Source of the DNA: Alphaproteobacteria bacterium
GTDB taxonomy: Bacteria; Pseudomonadota; Alphaproteobacteria; Rs-D84
NCBI GenBank assembly: GCA_017629245.1
Contig: JAGBXO010000003.1
Location: 65,897 to 129,896, forward strand
Direction: 5' to 3'
DNA length: 64,000 nt
The position numbers and the translations under genes are program-made. Below the pieces are notes generated by a model. It did not search any database. It had not been told where the DNA came from and saw nothing but the letters and a program-made list of their open reading frames with translations. Positions 20,231 through 29,253 of this stretch are shown piece after piece (position 1 is the stretch's first letter; each line of letters starts with the position of its first letter).

Positions 20231-22456
20231 ATGAAACGATTTGTTGTATGTCTGGCCGGTTTGCTTGCGTTGCCTGCTTTTGCTGAAATTGCGCCACTCT
20301 ATTTTGAAGAATTTGAAGCGGTGGATACAGCCACAGTTGTACCAGCCGAAGAAGTGGTGACGGAACAAAAGGTGGCACCACAGACATCACGCAACAATCC
20401 GCGTGGTCGTGTCGCATCTCGTGATGCTGCGTCTGTGTCAAATCGTTCTGCAGCGGCAACGGGCCGTGCAAATGTTGCAACCCGTGCATCACGCAGTGGT
20501 GTTGTGTCACGTAACGCTGTGAATGGCGTGGCCGCGCGTAACGCGACCGCACGCAGTGCATCAAATGTTGCAGCGCGTCCATCACGTAATGCTGCGTCAA
20601 CAAATCAAATTGCGACAACACGTCGTGCAATGCAAAATGGTTCTGCAAATGTTGCGCGTGCAGGTGTCACAACAAATGATACGGTAAATGCGCCTATTTA
20701 TTCTGGAAACAGCAAGGCTAGCAATGTTGTTGCGCGCGCCAGTATGCGTGCCGGTTCGGGCGGGGCGGTTCGTGCGCGTATCCCAACAATTTCCGCATCT
20801 GTTGATAATACGGCGTCAACCGCTGTATCGGCGCCTGTTGCGACAAATGCGGCCAGTGCAACTGCCGCTATGGATGAATTGGCCCAGGTAACCGCATTTT
20901 GCAAGGCGCAATATACAGAATGTATGGATAATTTCTGTAATGTTCTGGATGATAACCAGGGGCGTTGTTCGTGTTCAAAAAATATTAAAAATTACGAAAA
21001 AACAGAAGTTGCATTAAAAGAGGCTACCGAAGCGTTGCAAGATGTTGCACAACAGATTCAGTATATCGGCCTGACCGGTGATGAAATTGAAACATTGTTC
21101 ACCCAGACCGAGGCCGAAGCCGCCATGTCTGCAAATACAGATAACAGCCAGTTGAAAAATGATTTGGATAAAATCCGTGGTCTGTTGGTTGGTGTAAAAT
21201 CTGGCACTGCCTCATCGACTGAGGTTGCAGATGGCCTGTCCATGGATTTGTCTGGTTTAATGAACTTTAATATTGACAGCACTGGTTTCAATTTGGGCTC
21301 ATTGTTTGGAAATACAACAACAGCAAACACAAATTCAATCAGCAATCAACGCGGTGAACAGTTGTACAAAACTGCGGCTGCGCGATGCAAGGCGGCGGTC
21401 TTAACGGATTGTCAGGCCCAAGGTGTTGATATCTCGGTTGTTTCTAATTCATATGATTTGGAAATTGATAAACAATGTGTTGCATACGAACGTTCATTGA
21501 CCGATGCGAATGACGAAATGAATCAAACCGTTCGCAATGCGAAAAGTGTTCTGCAACGCGCCCGCTTGATGGTTGCGCAACAGAAAAATTCATATGATTT
21601 GCGTGGTTGTGTAAATGCATTGGATTCATGTATGCAGGATGATTTTGTTTGTGGCAATGAATACGAAAACTGTCTGGACCCATTTGGCAAATATATTGTT
21701 GAAGGTGAAGTGGTGTTGGGTTCTGCGCCTGGTCAGAACAGCTATTCCGGTGCAGTTGTAGCGCCACAGTATTCGAAGGATGGGTTGTATTCTACATGGA
21801 ATTTTGGCAGTAATAATAATGCCTGGGGCAGCAACAACGGTGATTCACTGACTGCGTATATCGCCGATACAATGCCAGAAAAGGCTGACGGTTATATAAC
21901 CGAAACCAGTACGATTATGTCTGAATACTTACAGTACAAAATCGGCTATCATGAAGCTTCGACAAACAAAAATCATGGTATGTGTATGTCTGTCTTGAAC
22001 AAGTGTCAAGATTACACATATGACAATGGTGTATATCAGGCAAATAACCCGGTTGTACGTGAATATCTGACGCGCACACTGGTTCAGATCAAGGCCAAGC
22101 AGGATGAAATAATCTCGTCCTATGCCGAAGGTTGTATTGCAGATGTGTCATCATGTTTGGGTGAAAATAACTATGATTCTGTAAATGTTAATTCAACCAA
22201 ATCTAAGATTGCGATTAACGCATGTCGTTCGCAGATTATCACATGTATGTCTGTAAACGGTGATGCGACTGCTGATCCAACGCCAGCCGGTATGGCAGAA
22301 TGGGTTAACAATGTAATGGTCTCTTGTCCCGAAGGTACCAGTGTTGCAGCCGGCGGCATTTGTATTTGGCCAAATGCAATAACTAAGACCGAATGTGACG
22401 GATATTCTGGTGTATGGAATTCTGCATCGGGATATTGTGCATACAAGAAAATTTAA
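20231..22456 (+). CDS. Secreted Cys-rich protein, paralog B
   Basis: The signal peptide is MKRFVVCLAGLLALPAFAE. The central ~450 aa is nearly identical to paralog A, while the N-terminal repeats and the C-terminal ~70 aa have diverged. Confidence 0.7.
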   Translation: MKRFVVCLAGLLALPAFAEIAPLYFEEFEAVDTATVVPAEEVVTEQKVAPQTSRNNPRGRVASRDAASVSNRSAAATGRANVATRASRSGVVSRNAVNGVAARNATARSASNVAARPSRNAASTNQIATTRRAMQNGSANVARAGVTTNDTVNAPIYSGNSKASNVVARASMRAGSGGAVRARIPTISASVDNTASTAVSAPVATNAASATAAMDELAQVTAFCKAQYTECMDNFCNVLDDNQGRCSCSKNIKNYEKTEVALKEATEALQDVAQQIQYIGLTGDEIETLFTQTEAEAAMSANTDNSQLKNDLDKIRGLLVGVKSGTASSTEVADGLSMDLSGLMNFNIDSTGFNLGSLFGNTTTANTNSISNQRGEQLYKTAAARCKAAVLTDCQAQGVDISVVSNSYDLEIDKQCVAYERSLTDANDEMNQTVRNAKSVLQRARLMVAQQKNSYDLRGCVNALDSCMQDDFVCGNEYENCLDPFGKYIVEGEVVLGSAPGQNSYSGAVVAPQYSKDGLYSTWNFGSNNNAWGSNNGDSLTAYIADTMPEKADGYITETSTIMSEYLQYKIGYHEASTNKNHGMCMSVLNKCQDYTYDNGVYQANNPVVREYLTRTLVQIKAKQDEIISSYAEGCIADVSSCLGENNYDSVNVNSTKSKIAINACRSQIITCMSVNGDATADPTPAGMAEWVNNVMVSCPEGTSVAAGGICIWPNAITKTECDGYSGVWNSASGYCAYKKI

Positions 22457-22460
22457 AAAT

Positions 22461-22482
22461 TGCCCCTTTTGGGGCATTTTTT
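22461..22482. terminator. Bidirectional hairpin terminator (TGCCCCTTTTGGGGCA + T-run)
   Basis: It lies between the paralog B stop and the stop of the convergent minus-strand gene. Confidence 0.55.
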
Positions 22483-22810
22483 AATGGTGTGATATAAAAT
22501 GTAAAATCAAACTGGTAATAAATATAATTGTTATTACCCCCAGAATAATCTTTTGCGCATGGTGTGATTTATTGCCATCGCAGTGTTCACAATCGCATCC
22601 GCATTCACGGCCCACCATCCACCAAGATACCCCCAGCATTACGCCTGAGAATATAAACAGCCATGGTTCCATCCAGTGTGGCAATATATGAAAATGTGCC
22701 GCATCTGGCGCAATTAATCCAATGATGGCCAGAATCAATGGTAATCCACAGCAAAATATGTGTGGTGCAATTGTTGCAATTATTCCAATTTTAACAGCTT
22801 TATTCTTCAT
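22481..22810 (-). CDS. Small membrane protein with Cys-pair motifs (MerT/MerF-like metal-transporter candidate)
   Basis: The 109 aa product has three predicted TM helices. The first TM helix holds a CC pair (HIFCCGLPL) and a cytoplasmic-like CGCDCEHCDGN cluster follows. Confidence 0.4.
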   Translation of the reverse strand: MKNKAVKIGIIATIAPHIFCCGLPLILAIIGLIAPDAAHFHILPHWMEPWLFIFSGVMLGVSWWMVGRECGCDCEHCDGNKSHHAQKIILGVITIIFITSLILHFISHH

Positions 22811-22886
22811 GTAAAACCTTTTTTAGGTGCAATTATAATACGAATGTATAATTTATCAAACAATAAAATATTGACAATATCCCCAT

Positions 22887-23771
22887 TTGTGGTATAAAGA
22901 CGCCGTGTCAAAGAATTCTGATTTTTATATATCTACTGATTATGCATTCCAGGATGAATCCTCGGTATATCTGTTTACAAATGAAAATATTGCAGGATAC
23001 ATTCAGGGGTTAAATCCGGGGCGTGTATTGACAGTCGCATCATCTGGTGACCATGCGTTTGAAGCGTATCTGGCGGGTGCAACTCATGTTGATACCTTTG
23101 ATATTAATTCGTACCAGCGACATGTACTTGAACTAAAAACACATATGATACGTGGCCTGCCATATCATGATTTTATGGATTTCTTTTTTGATAAGAAAAA
23201 TTTTTTTAATCCAAAAATTATTGCAACGATATCCGATAATTTTTCCAAGGGGCTGCGACATTTTATGACCAAGTGCCAGGACAGTGGTACAAATATGTTT
23301 AAATATCATGCATCAATATCGCCAAATTATGATTTGCGTAATCTCTCATACGCATCCGAGGAATCTAAATACAATAAATTGCGTGAATTGTTACCCGAAC
23401 GCATAAACTTTCATCACTGTAAACTGGAACGTGTTTCGGCAAAATTTAATCAGCGTTATGATTTAATAATGCTGTCCAACATTTTTTATTATATGTATTC
23501 TGAAGAAACAATAACAGAATGTCGATTTGAACGATTTTATCACGAGGTTTTATATCCTTTGGCACGCAACAACCTGACCGATAATGGTAAAATTTGCTTT
23601 CAGTACATTTGGGGGGCAAAGCCCGGTGATTGGACAAATTTTATGGATTATTTTCAGTCGCAGCGTATAAAAAATGAATCGGTTAAATTTGCATCGCGCA
23701 CAGTTCTGTCGGCATTGCGGGATACGAATTGGGACAGTGTATTGATAATGTCGCGTCAACCCCAGAAATAA
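22887..23771 (+). CDS. DUF3419 (BtaA-like, SAM-dependent methyltransferase fold) family protein
   Basis: VLTVASSGDHAFEAYLAGATHVDTFDINSYQRHVLELKTHMIRGLPYHDF matches my recollection of the DUF3419 consensus block. Confidence 0.45.
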   Translation: MWYKDAVSKNSDFYISTDYAFQDESSVYLFTNENIAGYIQGLNPGRVLTVASSGDHAFEAYLAGATHVDTFDINSYQRHVLELKTHMIRGLPYHDFMDFFFDKKNFFNPKIIATISDNFSKGLRHFMTKCQDSGTNMFKYHASISPNYDLRNLSYASEESKYNKLRELLPERINFHHCKLERVSAKFNQRYDLIMLSNIFYYMYSEETITECRFERFYHEVLYPLARNNLTDNGKICFQYIWGAKPGDWTNFMDYFQSQRIKNESVKFASRTVLSALRDTNWDSVLIMSRQPQK

Positions 23772-23775
23772 TAAT

Positions 23776-23851
23776 TGGCATCCCCAGCAGGACTTGAACC
23801 TGCATCTAATTCTTAGGAGGAACTTGTTCTATCCTGTTGAACTATGGGGAC
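23776..23851 (-). tRNA. tRNA-Arg(CCU)
   Basis: The reverse complement GTCCCCATAGTTCAACAGGATAGAACAAGTTCCTCCTAAGAATTAGATGCAGGTTCAAGTCCTGCTGGGGATGCCA folds as a cloverleaf. It has a 7 bp acceptor stem, a D-arm, an anticodon loop CTCCTAA (anticodon CCT), a T-arm GCAGG-TTCAAGT-CCTGC and a terminal CCA. Confidence 0.8.
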
Positions 23852-23943
23852 ACAACACGGCAATATTAAATTAAAGCGAAAAAATATTCAACCGTTTTGT
23901 TACGCGGTATTGACAAAAATAAAAACTGTATTACACTATAAGT

Positions 23944-25686
23944 GTGAATAATAAAAGGCAAAAAATGACAAAAAATACAGGTATGTATCACGCTACAATA
24001 AAACAGGATGAAGAAATATCAGAAATAATTGTGGATATTTTTAATCTGCCCTATGATAAATTTGACGGTGAAAATCCCCTGATTATACACGGTGATGTTG
24101 TATTGCGTGGCAGACGTGGTCGCACATTTCCTTTGTTGCGTAATGTTGTTATTTTGGGTACGTTGGATATCCGCGATTTTGATTTAACGCCAGATACTAT
24201 CTTGCCTGATAGGCTGGAAGAATTAAAGTGCGAATATTCTATAAAGTCATTGGCCGATTTGCCTGAAATTTTGCCTGCAAAAATTAAGAAAATCACAATA
24301 CGTCGTGCCTTGTTAAATAATATTAAAAAGGACAAGGATGACGCCTTGCGTATTGCGCGTCGCTTTGCCAATGCGCATCCGCGCATCGTTGTGACCGATG
24401 GAAAAACAACCTTGCGCGATTTATTGCGTGAAATAGAGTTGTCCTCAAACAAAGGGCCTCAACCTGTTGCACCTAGCACTAAAATAACACCGATTATTGA
24501 ATTACAGGCCAAGACAGATGAATACCTGTCAACAGATGAACTGTTAATGGCGTGTCGTTCTGCGTCCCAGGATTTATCTGGTATAAGTGATGCAGAACTG
24601 ACGCGTTATATTAAAAAAGCACGCTCTGCCAAGGCGAATTTGAAATTAGAACCTGTTGATTTAAAACGTGAAGATGGCGCGACAATTGTTTGTGTGCATA
24701 AAAAGTATCTTGATACGATTATTGATTATATATTGGCGCAAATTGAATCTGACCAGGCACGTAAAACAATAAAAAATACTGTAAAGAAACCCAAAAAAGC
24801 AAAAGTGGATGTGTTGGCTAATGAAAAAGTTAAAGAAAAAGTTGGGTATCAAATTGACGGAAAAACAGTTGTTGAAAAACAGATCAAGAAATATATTCCA
24901 AAGCAAGAATGGGGCAAAATCTGCAAGGCGTGTGGTGATGATAAAAAAATGCTGTTGGAAATTTTGCGTGATGTTGATTTTATAAACATAAACCCAACAG
25001 ATACTGCTGGAAAAAAAGTATATTATATCCAAGATGGGCAAATAAAAACATCTCGTACGCTGGAATTTAAAAGTGCAACATGTCTGTCCCAGGGCTTCAA
25101 AAGTCTTAACAGTAAACAGCGCATTGTTTGGGCGGTTTCTGGTGATGCCTTTGTGTGTATAGATTTTTTCCCAGAACATGAACATTCAATAGATGAATAT
25201 AAGGGCGTTATTCGTGATGCGCGCATTGATTTATCAAAAATGGATTTGGCGTCATTTTATAATGTTGCGGATTTAATCCGCGAATTGACCGATGATGGTA
25301 ATGGTGGGCCTGATTTTCCACCCGCTGGTCCGCAACCTATGGATGCGCCAAAAATTGATACATCGAATGTCGGGGGAACAGACGATAAAAGCGACGCAAA
25401 AATAAAAAAGGAACCAATTGATATTTCAAAGACAAATTTTGTTTGGACAGAATTGTTTACCATGAATATGCGTTTGGTACAGAATATAAAATACACAGAC
25501 ATGGCACGTGATGCGCTGTTGAAAAAGATGCAGAAAGAAACAAGTACAGAAAAGTTACTGTGTATGGCAGATGATTTGACAAAAAATTTGCAGCGCAAAA
25601 AAGCATATGAAGATGCGATAGCCAAACTGAATTTGTTAAATAATCAGTTGAAGGAATTGAAAATTGACCTGGAAAAAGAACGTTAA
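23944..25686 (+). CDS. Hypothetical protein with a C-terminal coiled coil (580 aa)
   Basis: The ORF is long and has a terminator hairpin at 25694-25720. No recognisable domain was found, the central region is Lys-rich, and there is no signal peptide. Confidence 0.5.
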   Translation: MNNKRQKMTKNTGMYHATIKQDEEISEIIVDIFNLPYDKFDGENPLIIHGDVVLRGRRGRTFPLLRNVVILGTLDIRDFDLTPDTILPDRLEELKCEYSIKSLADLPEILPAKIKKITIRRALLNNIKKDKDDALRIARRFANAHPRIVVTDGKTTLRDLLREIELSSNKGPQPVAPSTKITPIIELQAKTDEYLSTDELLMACRSASQDLSGISDAELTRYIKKARSAKANLKLEPVDLKREDGATIVCVHKKYLDTIIDYILAQIESDQARKTIKNTVKKPKKAKVDVLANEKVKEKVGYQIDGKTVVEKQIKKYIPKQEWGKICKACGDDKKMLLEILRDVDFININPTDTAGKKVYYIQDGQIKTSRTLEFKSATCLSQGFKSLNSKQRIVWAVSGDAFVCIDFFPEHEHSIDEYKGVIRDARIDLSKMDLASFYNVADLIRELTDDGNGGPDFPPAGPQPMDAPKIDTSNVGGTDDKSDAKIKKEPIDISKTNFVWTELFTMNMRLVQNIKYTDMARDALLKKMQKETSTEKLLCMADDLTKNLQRKKAYEDAIAKLNLLNNQLKELKIDLEKER

Positions 25687-25786
25687 ATATCAGTCCCCAT
25701 ACAACAGTGGGGATTTTTTATGTTGGGTTTGACATTATTAAATACATTGTATAAAATATGGCGGATAAAAATAAAAAGGGAAAAAT

Positions 25787-26077
25787 ATGGCAACAATAAC
25801 AAGAAGTGATTTTGCAGAAAGATTGCGTGAACGTTTTGGCTTGACGACTGCCGATGCGTACAAAATGGTTGATGTTGTTTTTGATGAAATACGTGATGCC
25901 TTGGTTAATAATGAAGAGGTTAAATTTGCAGGTTTTGGCAGTTTTAAGATTTTAAAGAAAAGTGCACGTATGGGTCGTAATCCAAAGACAGGGCAAAGTG
26001 CGGTTATTTCTGCCCGTCGTGTTGCGACATTCCGCCCCAGCAATGAATTTCGCGAACGTGTCGCAAACCATAAATAA
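25787..26077 (+). CDS. ihfA: Integration host factor subunit alpha-like DNA-binding protein (HU/IHF family)
   Basis: GFGSFKILKKSARMGRNPKTGQSAVISARRVATFRPSNEFRERV matches the HU/IHF arm. ARRVxTF(R/K)P favours IHF alpha. Confidence 0.75.
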   Translation: MATITRSDFAERLRERFGLTTADAYKMVDVVFDEIRDALVNNEEVKFAGFGSFKILKKSARMGRNPKTGQSAVISARRVATFRPSNEFRERVANHK

Positions 26078-26081
26078 AAAA

Positions 26082-26108
26082 ACGCCCATTGGGGCGTTTT
26101 TTTTTACC
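26082..26108. terminator. Bidirectional terminator hairpin AACGCCCATTGGGGCGTT + T9
   Basis: It lies between ihfA and the convergent peptidase gene. Confidence 0.6.
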
Positions 26109-28086
26109 ATAACTTCACGCGCTTTTCCGGTATCAGATACATCTTGTTATCTGGTTTAATTTCAAACGCATCATACCACGCGTTGATGTGTGGCAAAATT
26201 CCATTTACGCGATTTTTTCCCAGCGAATGTTCGTCAACCTTGGTCAGGCGCAGTTCTTCGTCGGCCCGAATGTTCTGGGCCCATGCGCCGGCATATGCGA
26301 TAAAGAAGCGTCTGTCTGCGCTCAGGTTTTCCGCCATGTCGGATGGTGTGCCAAAGTTTTTATATGCATCAAACGCAATTGTCACACCACCGTAATCAGC
26401 CAAATTTTCACCCAGTGTAAATTCGCCATTTGCGTTTACTTCATCGTTAATTTTAATGTTATTGAAAAATTCTTTCATAACATTTGCGCGTACCTCAAAC
26501 CCTGTGGCATCTGCTGCGGTCCACCAATCTTTCATATTTCCGTCTTTATCAAAGTGACGGCCGGAATCATCAAATCCGTGTGTCATTTCATGACCAATAA
26601 CCGCGCCGATTGCGCCATAGTTAAACGCGTCATCTGCCCCCATGTCAAAGAAGGGATATTGCAAGATTCCTGCTGGGAAACAAATTTCATTTGTTGAAGG
26701 ATCGTAATATGCATTCACTTCGTGGGCATTCATATACCACAGTGTTGGATCTTTTTCTTTGCCGATTTTTTCCAGCCAGAACGCATCTTCAAATTGTGCA
26801 ACACGCACCATATTTTCCCACAACGAATCATTTTTGATTTCCAGATTGCTGTAATTGCGCCATTTGTCTGGATATCCAATTTTTGCACGGAAAGTGGACA
26901 GTTTTTCTAACGCTTTTTGTTTGGTCTCAGACGACATCCAGTCCAGTTTTTCAATACGCATTGCATACGCGCGTTGCAGATTTTTTACCAACATCTGCAT
27001 GCGTTCTTTGGCGTCTTCTGAAAAGTATTTATCAACATACAGTCTGCCAACTTCTTCGCCCAATGCGCCATCAATCATTGCAACTGCGCGTTTCCAACGT
27101 GGTTTTTGTTCTTTTTGTCCCGCCATTGTCCGGTTATAGAAATCGAACGATATTTCGTATGTTTTGTCGTCCAAGACGGTATCAGCCGCGCTGACAATAC
27201 GATATTTCAAATATGTTTTAATTAATTCAAAATCAGTGTCGTTCATAATCGCAATTGATTCTGCAATTGCCTCTGGCTGGGCAATATTAATATATTCTGC
27301 CGCCGTCGCACCGCGCGCCCCCAGGAAAGCGTCCCAATCAAAGCCGGTAAATTTTTCTTTTACCTCGGCAGTGCTCATTTTATGATAATTGGCATGTGGG
27401 TCACGCAGTTTTTCCTTTGGATAGAAAGATTTTGCCATGCGTTCTTCCAGTGCATACAGTTTATCGACATCTACATCAATGCCGAAGTTTTTCATCTGTT
27501 TGGCAATAAATTCTTTATACTTTTTGCGAATTTCAACAGATTTTGCGTCGCTGTCAAAATAATAGTCGCGCGACAGCCCCAATCCGCCCTGGCCAATATT
27601 GTACAGGAAATGTTCGCTGTCCATTTCGTCTAATCCAACCCCGTCGCCCCAGAATGCAGATGAATATGTAAACATTTTGCCCATATATTTTTCCAGACCG
27701 TCGCGCGTCAGCGTATCAATTTCTGCCAACTGCTTTGCGACCGGTTTTGTTGCATCTGCATTTAATTTTTCGGCATTCATCGCAACAGAATACAGCGTCC
27801 CAATTTTACCAGTATCTTTTTCTGCGATTTCGCGCGTACGTTCCAGATTTGTATTGCGCAATACTTCAAACGCGCCATATCTGCTGTAATCATCAGGCAT
27901 TGGGTTGCGAACCTGCCATCCGCGTGTGGCGTATTCATAGAAATCGTCACCTGGGTTAATTGTTATATCCATGTTTTCTATTTTTATACCTGCGTTCACT
28001 ACTTTCTCCTTTTGTGATGCATTTGCCCAAAAAATTGCAGCCACAACCGCAACAATCCCAACAATGTTCAAGAACTTATTTTCCAT
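26104..28086 (-). CDS. pepO: M13-family zinc metallopeptidase (PepO/neprilysin-like)
   Basis: The HExxH zinc motif is VIGHEMTHGFDD. NAYY, an N-terminal signal/anchor and a length of 660 aa fit the family. Confidence 0.8.
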   Translation of the reverse strand: MENKFLNIVGIVAVVAAIFWANASQKEKVVNAGIKIENMDITINPGDDFYEYATRGWQVRNPMPDDYSRYGAFEVLRNTNLERTREIAEKDTGKIGTLYSVAMNAEKLNADATKPVAKQLAEIDTLTRDGLEKYMGKMFTYSSAFWGDGVGLDEMDSEHFLYNIGQGGLGLSRDYYFDSDAKSVEIRKKYKEFIAKQMKNFGIDVDVDKLYALEERMAKSFYPKEKLRDPHANYHKMSTAEVKEKFTGFDWDAFLGARGATAAEYINIAQPEAIAESIAIMNDTDFELIKTYLKYRIVSAADTVLDDKTYEISFDFYNRTMAGQKEQKPRWKRAVAMIDGALGEEVGRLYVDKYFSEDAKERMQMLVKNLQRAYAMRIEKLDWMSSETKQKALEKLSTFRAKIGYPDKWRNYSNLEIKNDSLWENMVRVAQFEDAFWLEKIGKEKDPTLWYMNAHEVNAYYDPSTNEICFPAGILQYPFFDMGADDAFNYGAIGAVIGHEMTHGFDDSGRHFDKDGNMKDWWTAADATGFEVRANVMKEFFNNIKINDEVNANGEFTLGENLADYGGVTIAFDAYKNFGTPSDMAENLSADRRFFIAYAGAWAQNIRADEELRLTKVDEHSLGKNRVNGILPHINAWYDAFEIKPDNKMYLIPEKRVKLW

Positions 28087-28092
28087 TTCCTT

Positions 28093-29160
28093 CTACCGTA
28101 TTAAATTTAAAATCACATCATCTAATACCAGCATTCCCTGTTTTGTTGCGCTGATACAGTTGTTGTGTATATTAACTAACATTGGATGATTGCTCACCCA
28201 TTCTATATCAATAACGCTTTTTACATCGTCTGTCAATTGACAACCGCGAACAGTTCTCAGACCTGTTATGATTTTTTCTGTGGCGCGCACACTGTTCGAT
28301 ATTTTTTCAAAGCGCGCTCCGTTCCCCAGTTGGTCATACCATTGATTGTTCATATATATGCGCCCTGCTGCGCCATTCCCAATGCCAATATAGGGCGCGC
28401 CACCCCACACATTCATATTATGCCGGCATTCATGACCGGGTGCGCAATAGTTTGAAACTTCATACCGGGGCAGGGCGATATGATTATCTATTGCAACATA
28501 CATCTGGGCCATTTCAGCATTTGTTGGCATGTCCAAATTCATTTTTCCAAACGGGGTGTTTTCTTCAATCGTCAGTTCATACATTGATAAATGGTTTAAT
28601 CCAATTTGATTTATCTGGTCGCACATTTCAATCACAGATTTTTCTGTATCCCCCGGCAGTCCATAAATAAAGTCGGCCGACACCCGCAGTCCCATTTTTT
28701 GCGCGGCACCGATTAAATCCAATGCGTCCTGCGCAGTGTGTCGCCGCCCCAGGAATCGCAGTTTATCATCATCTAAACTTTGTACCCCGATTGACAGGCG
28801 ATTCATGCCTGCGCACCTAAAATCATTTAGTTCCTTTTCATCCAGTGTCCCTGGGTTGGATTCCAGTGTTATCTCGGCCTCGGTCAGCAGGTTAAAGTTA
28901 TCACGAATTGTATTAATTATTTTTTCAAAAGTACTGACTGGCATCAGTGATGGTGTGCCGCCGCCAAAAAATATTGTTGGCACATCAATTCGCCCCAGTT
29001 TGTCGGCCCAAAATTCTATCTCGCCACAGATTTTATTTTCATATTCGCCCCAGTCTGGCGCACTGCATGCGCGTGAAAAGAATGCACAGTAATTGCACTT
29101 TGACATACAGTATGGAACATGAATATATATATTGTGCGCTGGGTTTTGCATAGTGCCCAT
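28093..29160 (-). CDS. hemW: Radical SAM heme chaperone HemW / oxygen-independent coproporphyrinogen oxidase-like
   Basis: HVPYCMSKCNYCAF is the CxxxCxxC radical SAM motif in the HemN/HemW context. The product is 355 aa. Confidence 0.8.
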   Translation of the reverse strand: MGTMQNPAHNIYIHVPYCMSKCNYCAFFSRACSAPDWGEYENKICGEIEFWADKLGRIDVPTIFFGGGTPSLMPVSTFEKIINTIRDNFNLLTEAEITLESNPGTLDEKELNDFRCAGMNRLSIGVQSLDDDKLRFLGRRHTAQDALDLIGAAQKMGLRVSADFIYGLPGDTEKSVIEMCDQINQIGLNHLSMYELTIEENTPFGKMNLDMPTNAEMAQMYVAIDNHIALPRYEVSNYCAPGHECRHNMNVWGGAPYIGIGNGAAGRIYMNNQWYDQLGNGARFEKISNSVRATEKIITGLRTVRGCQLTDDVKSVIDIEWVSNHPMLVNIHNNCISATKQGMLVLDDVILNLIR

Positions 29161-29253
29161 ATTTTACCGCCTGAATTCTTTCGTGCAAGTGATAAATGAA
29201 AAACACTTTTATGTGATTTGTTTTTATGATATAATAATCACAACATTGATACG

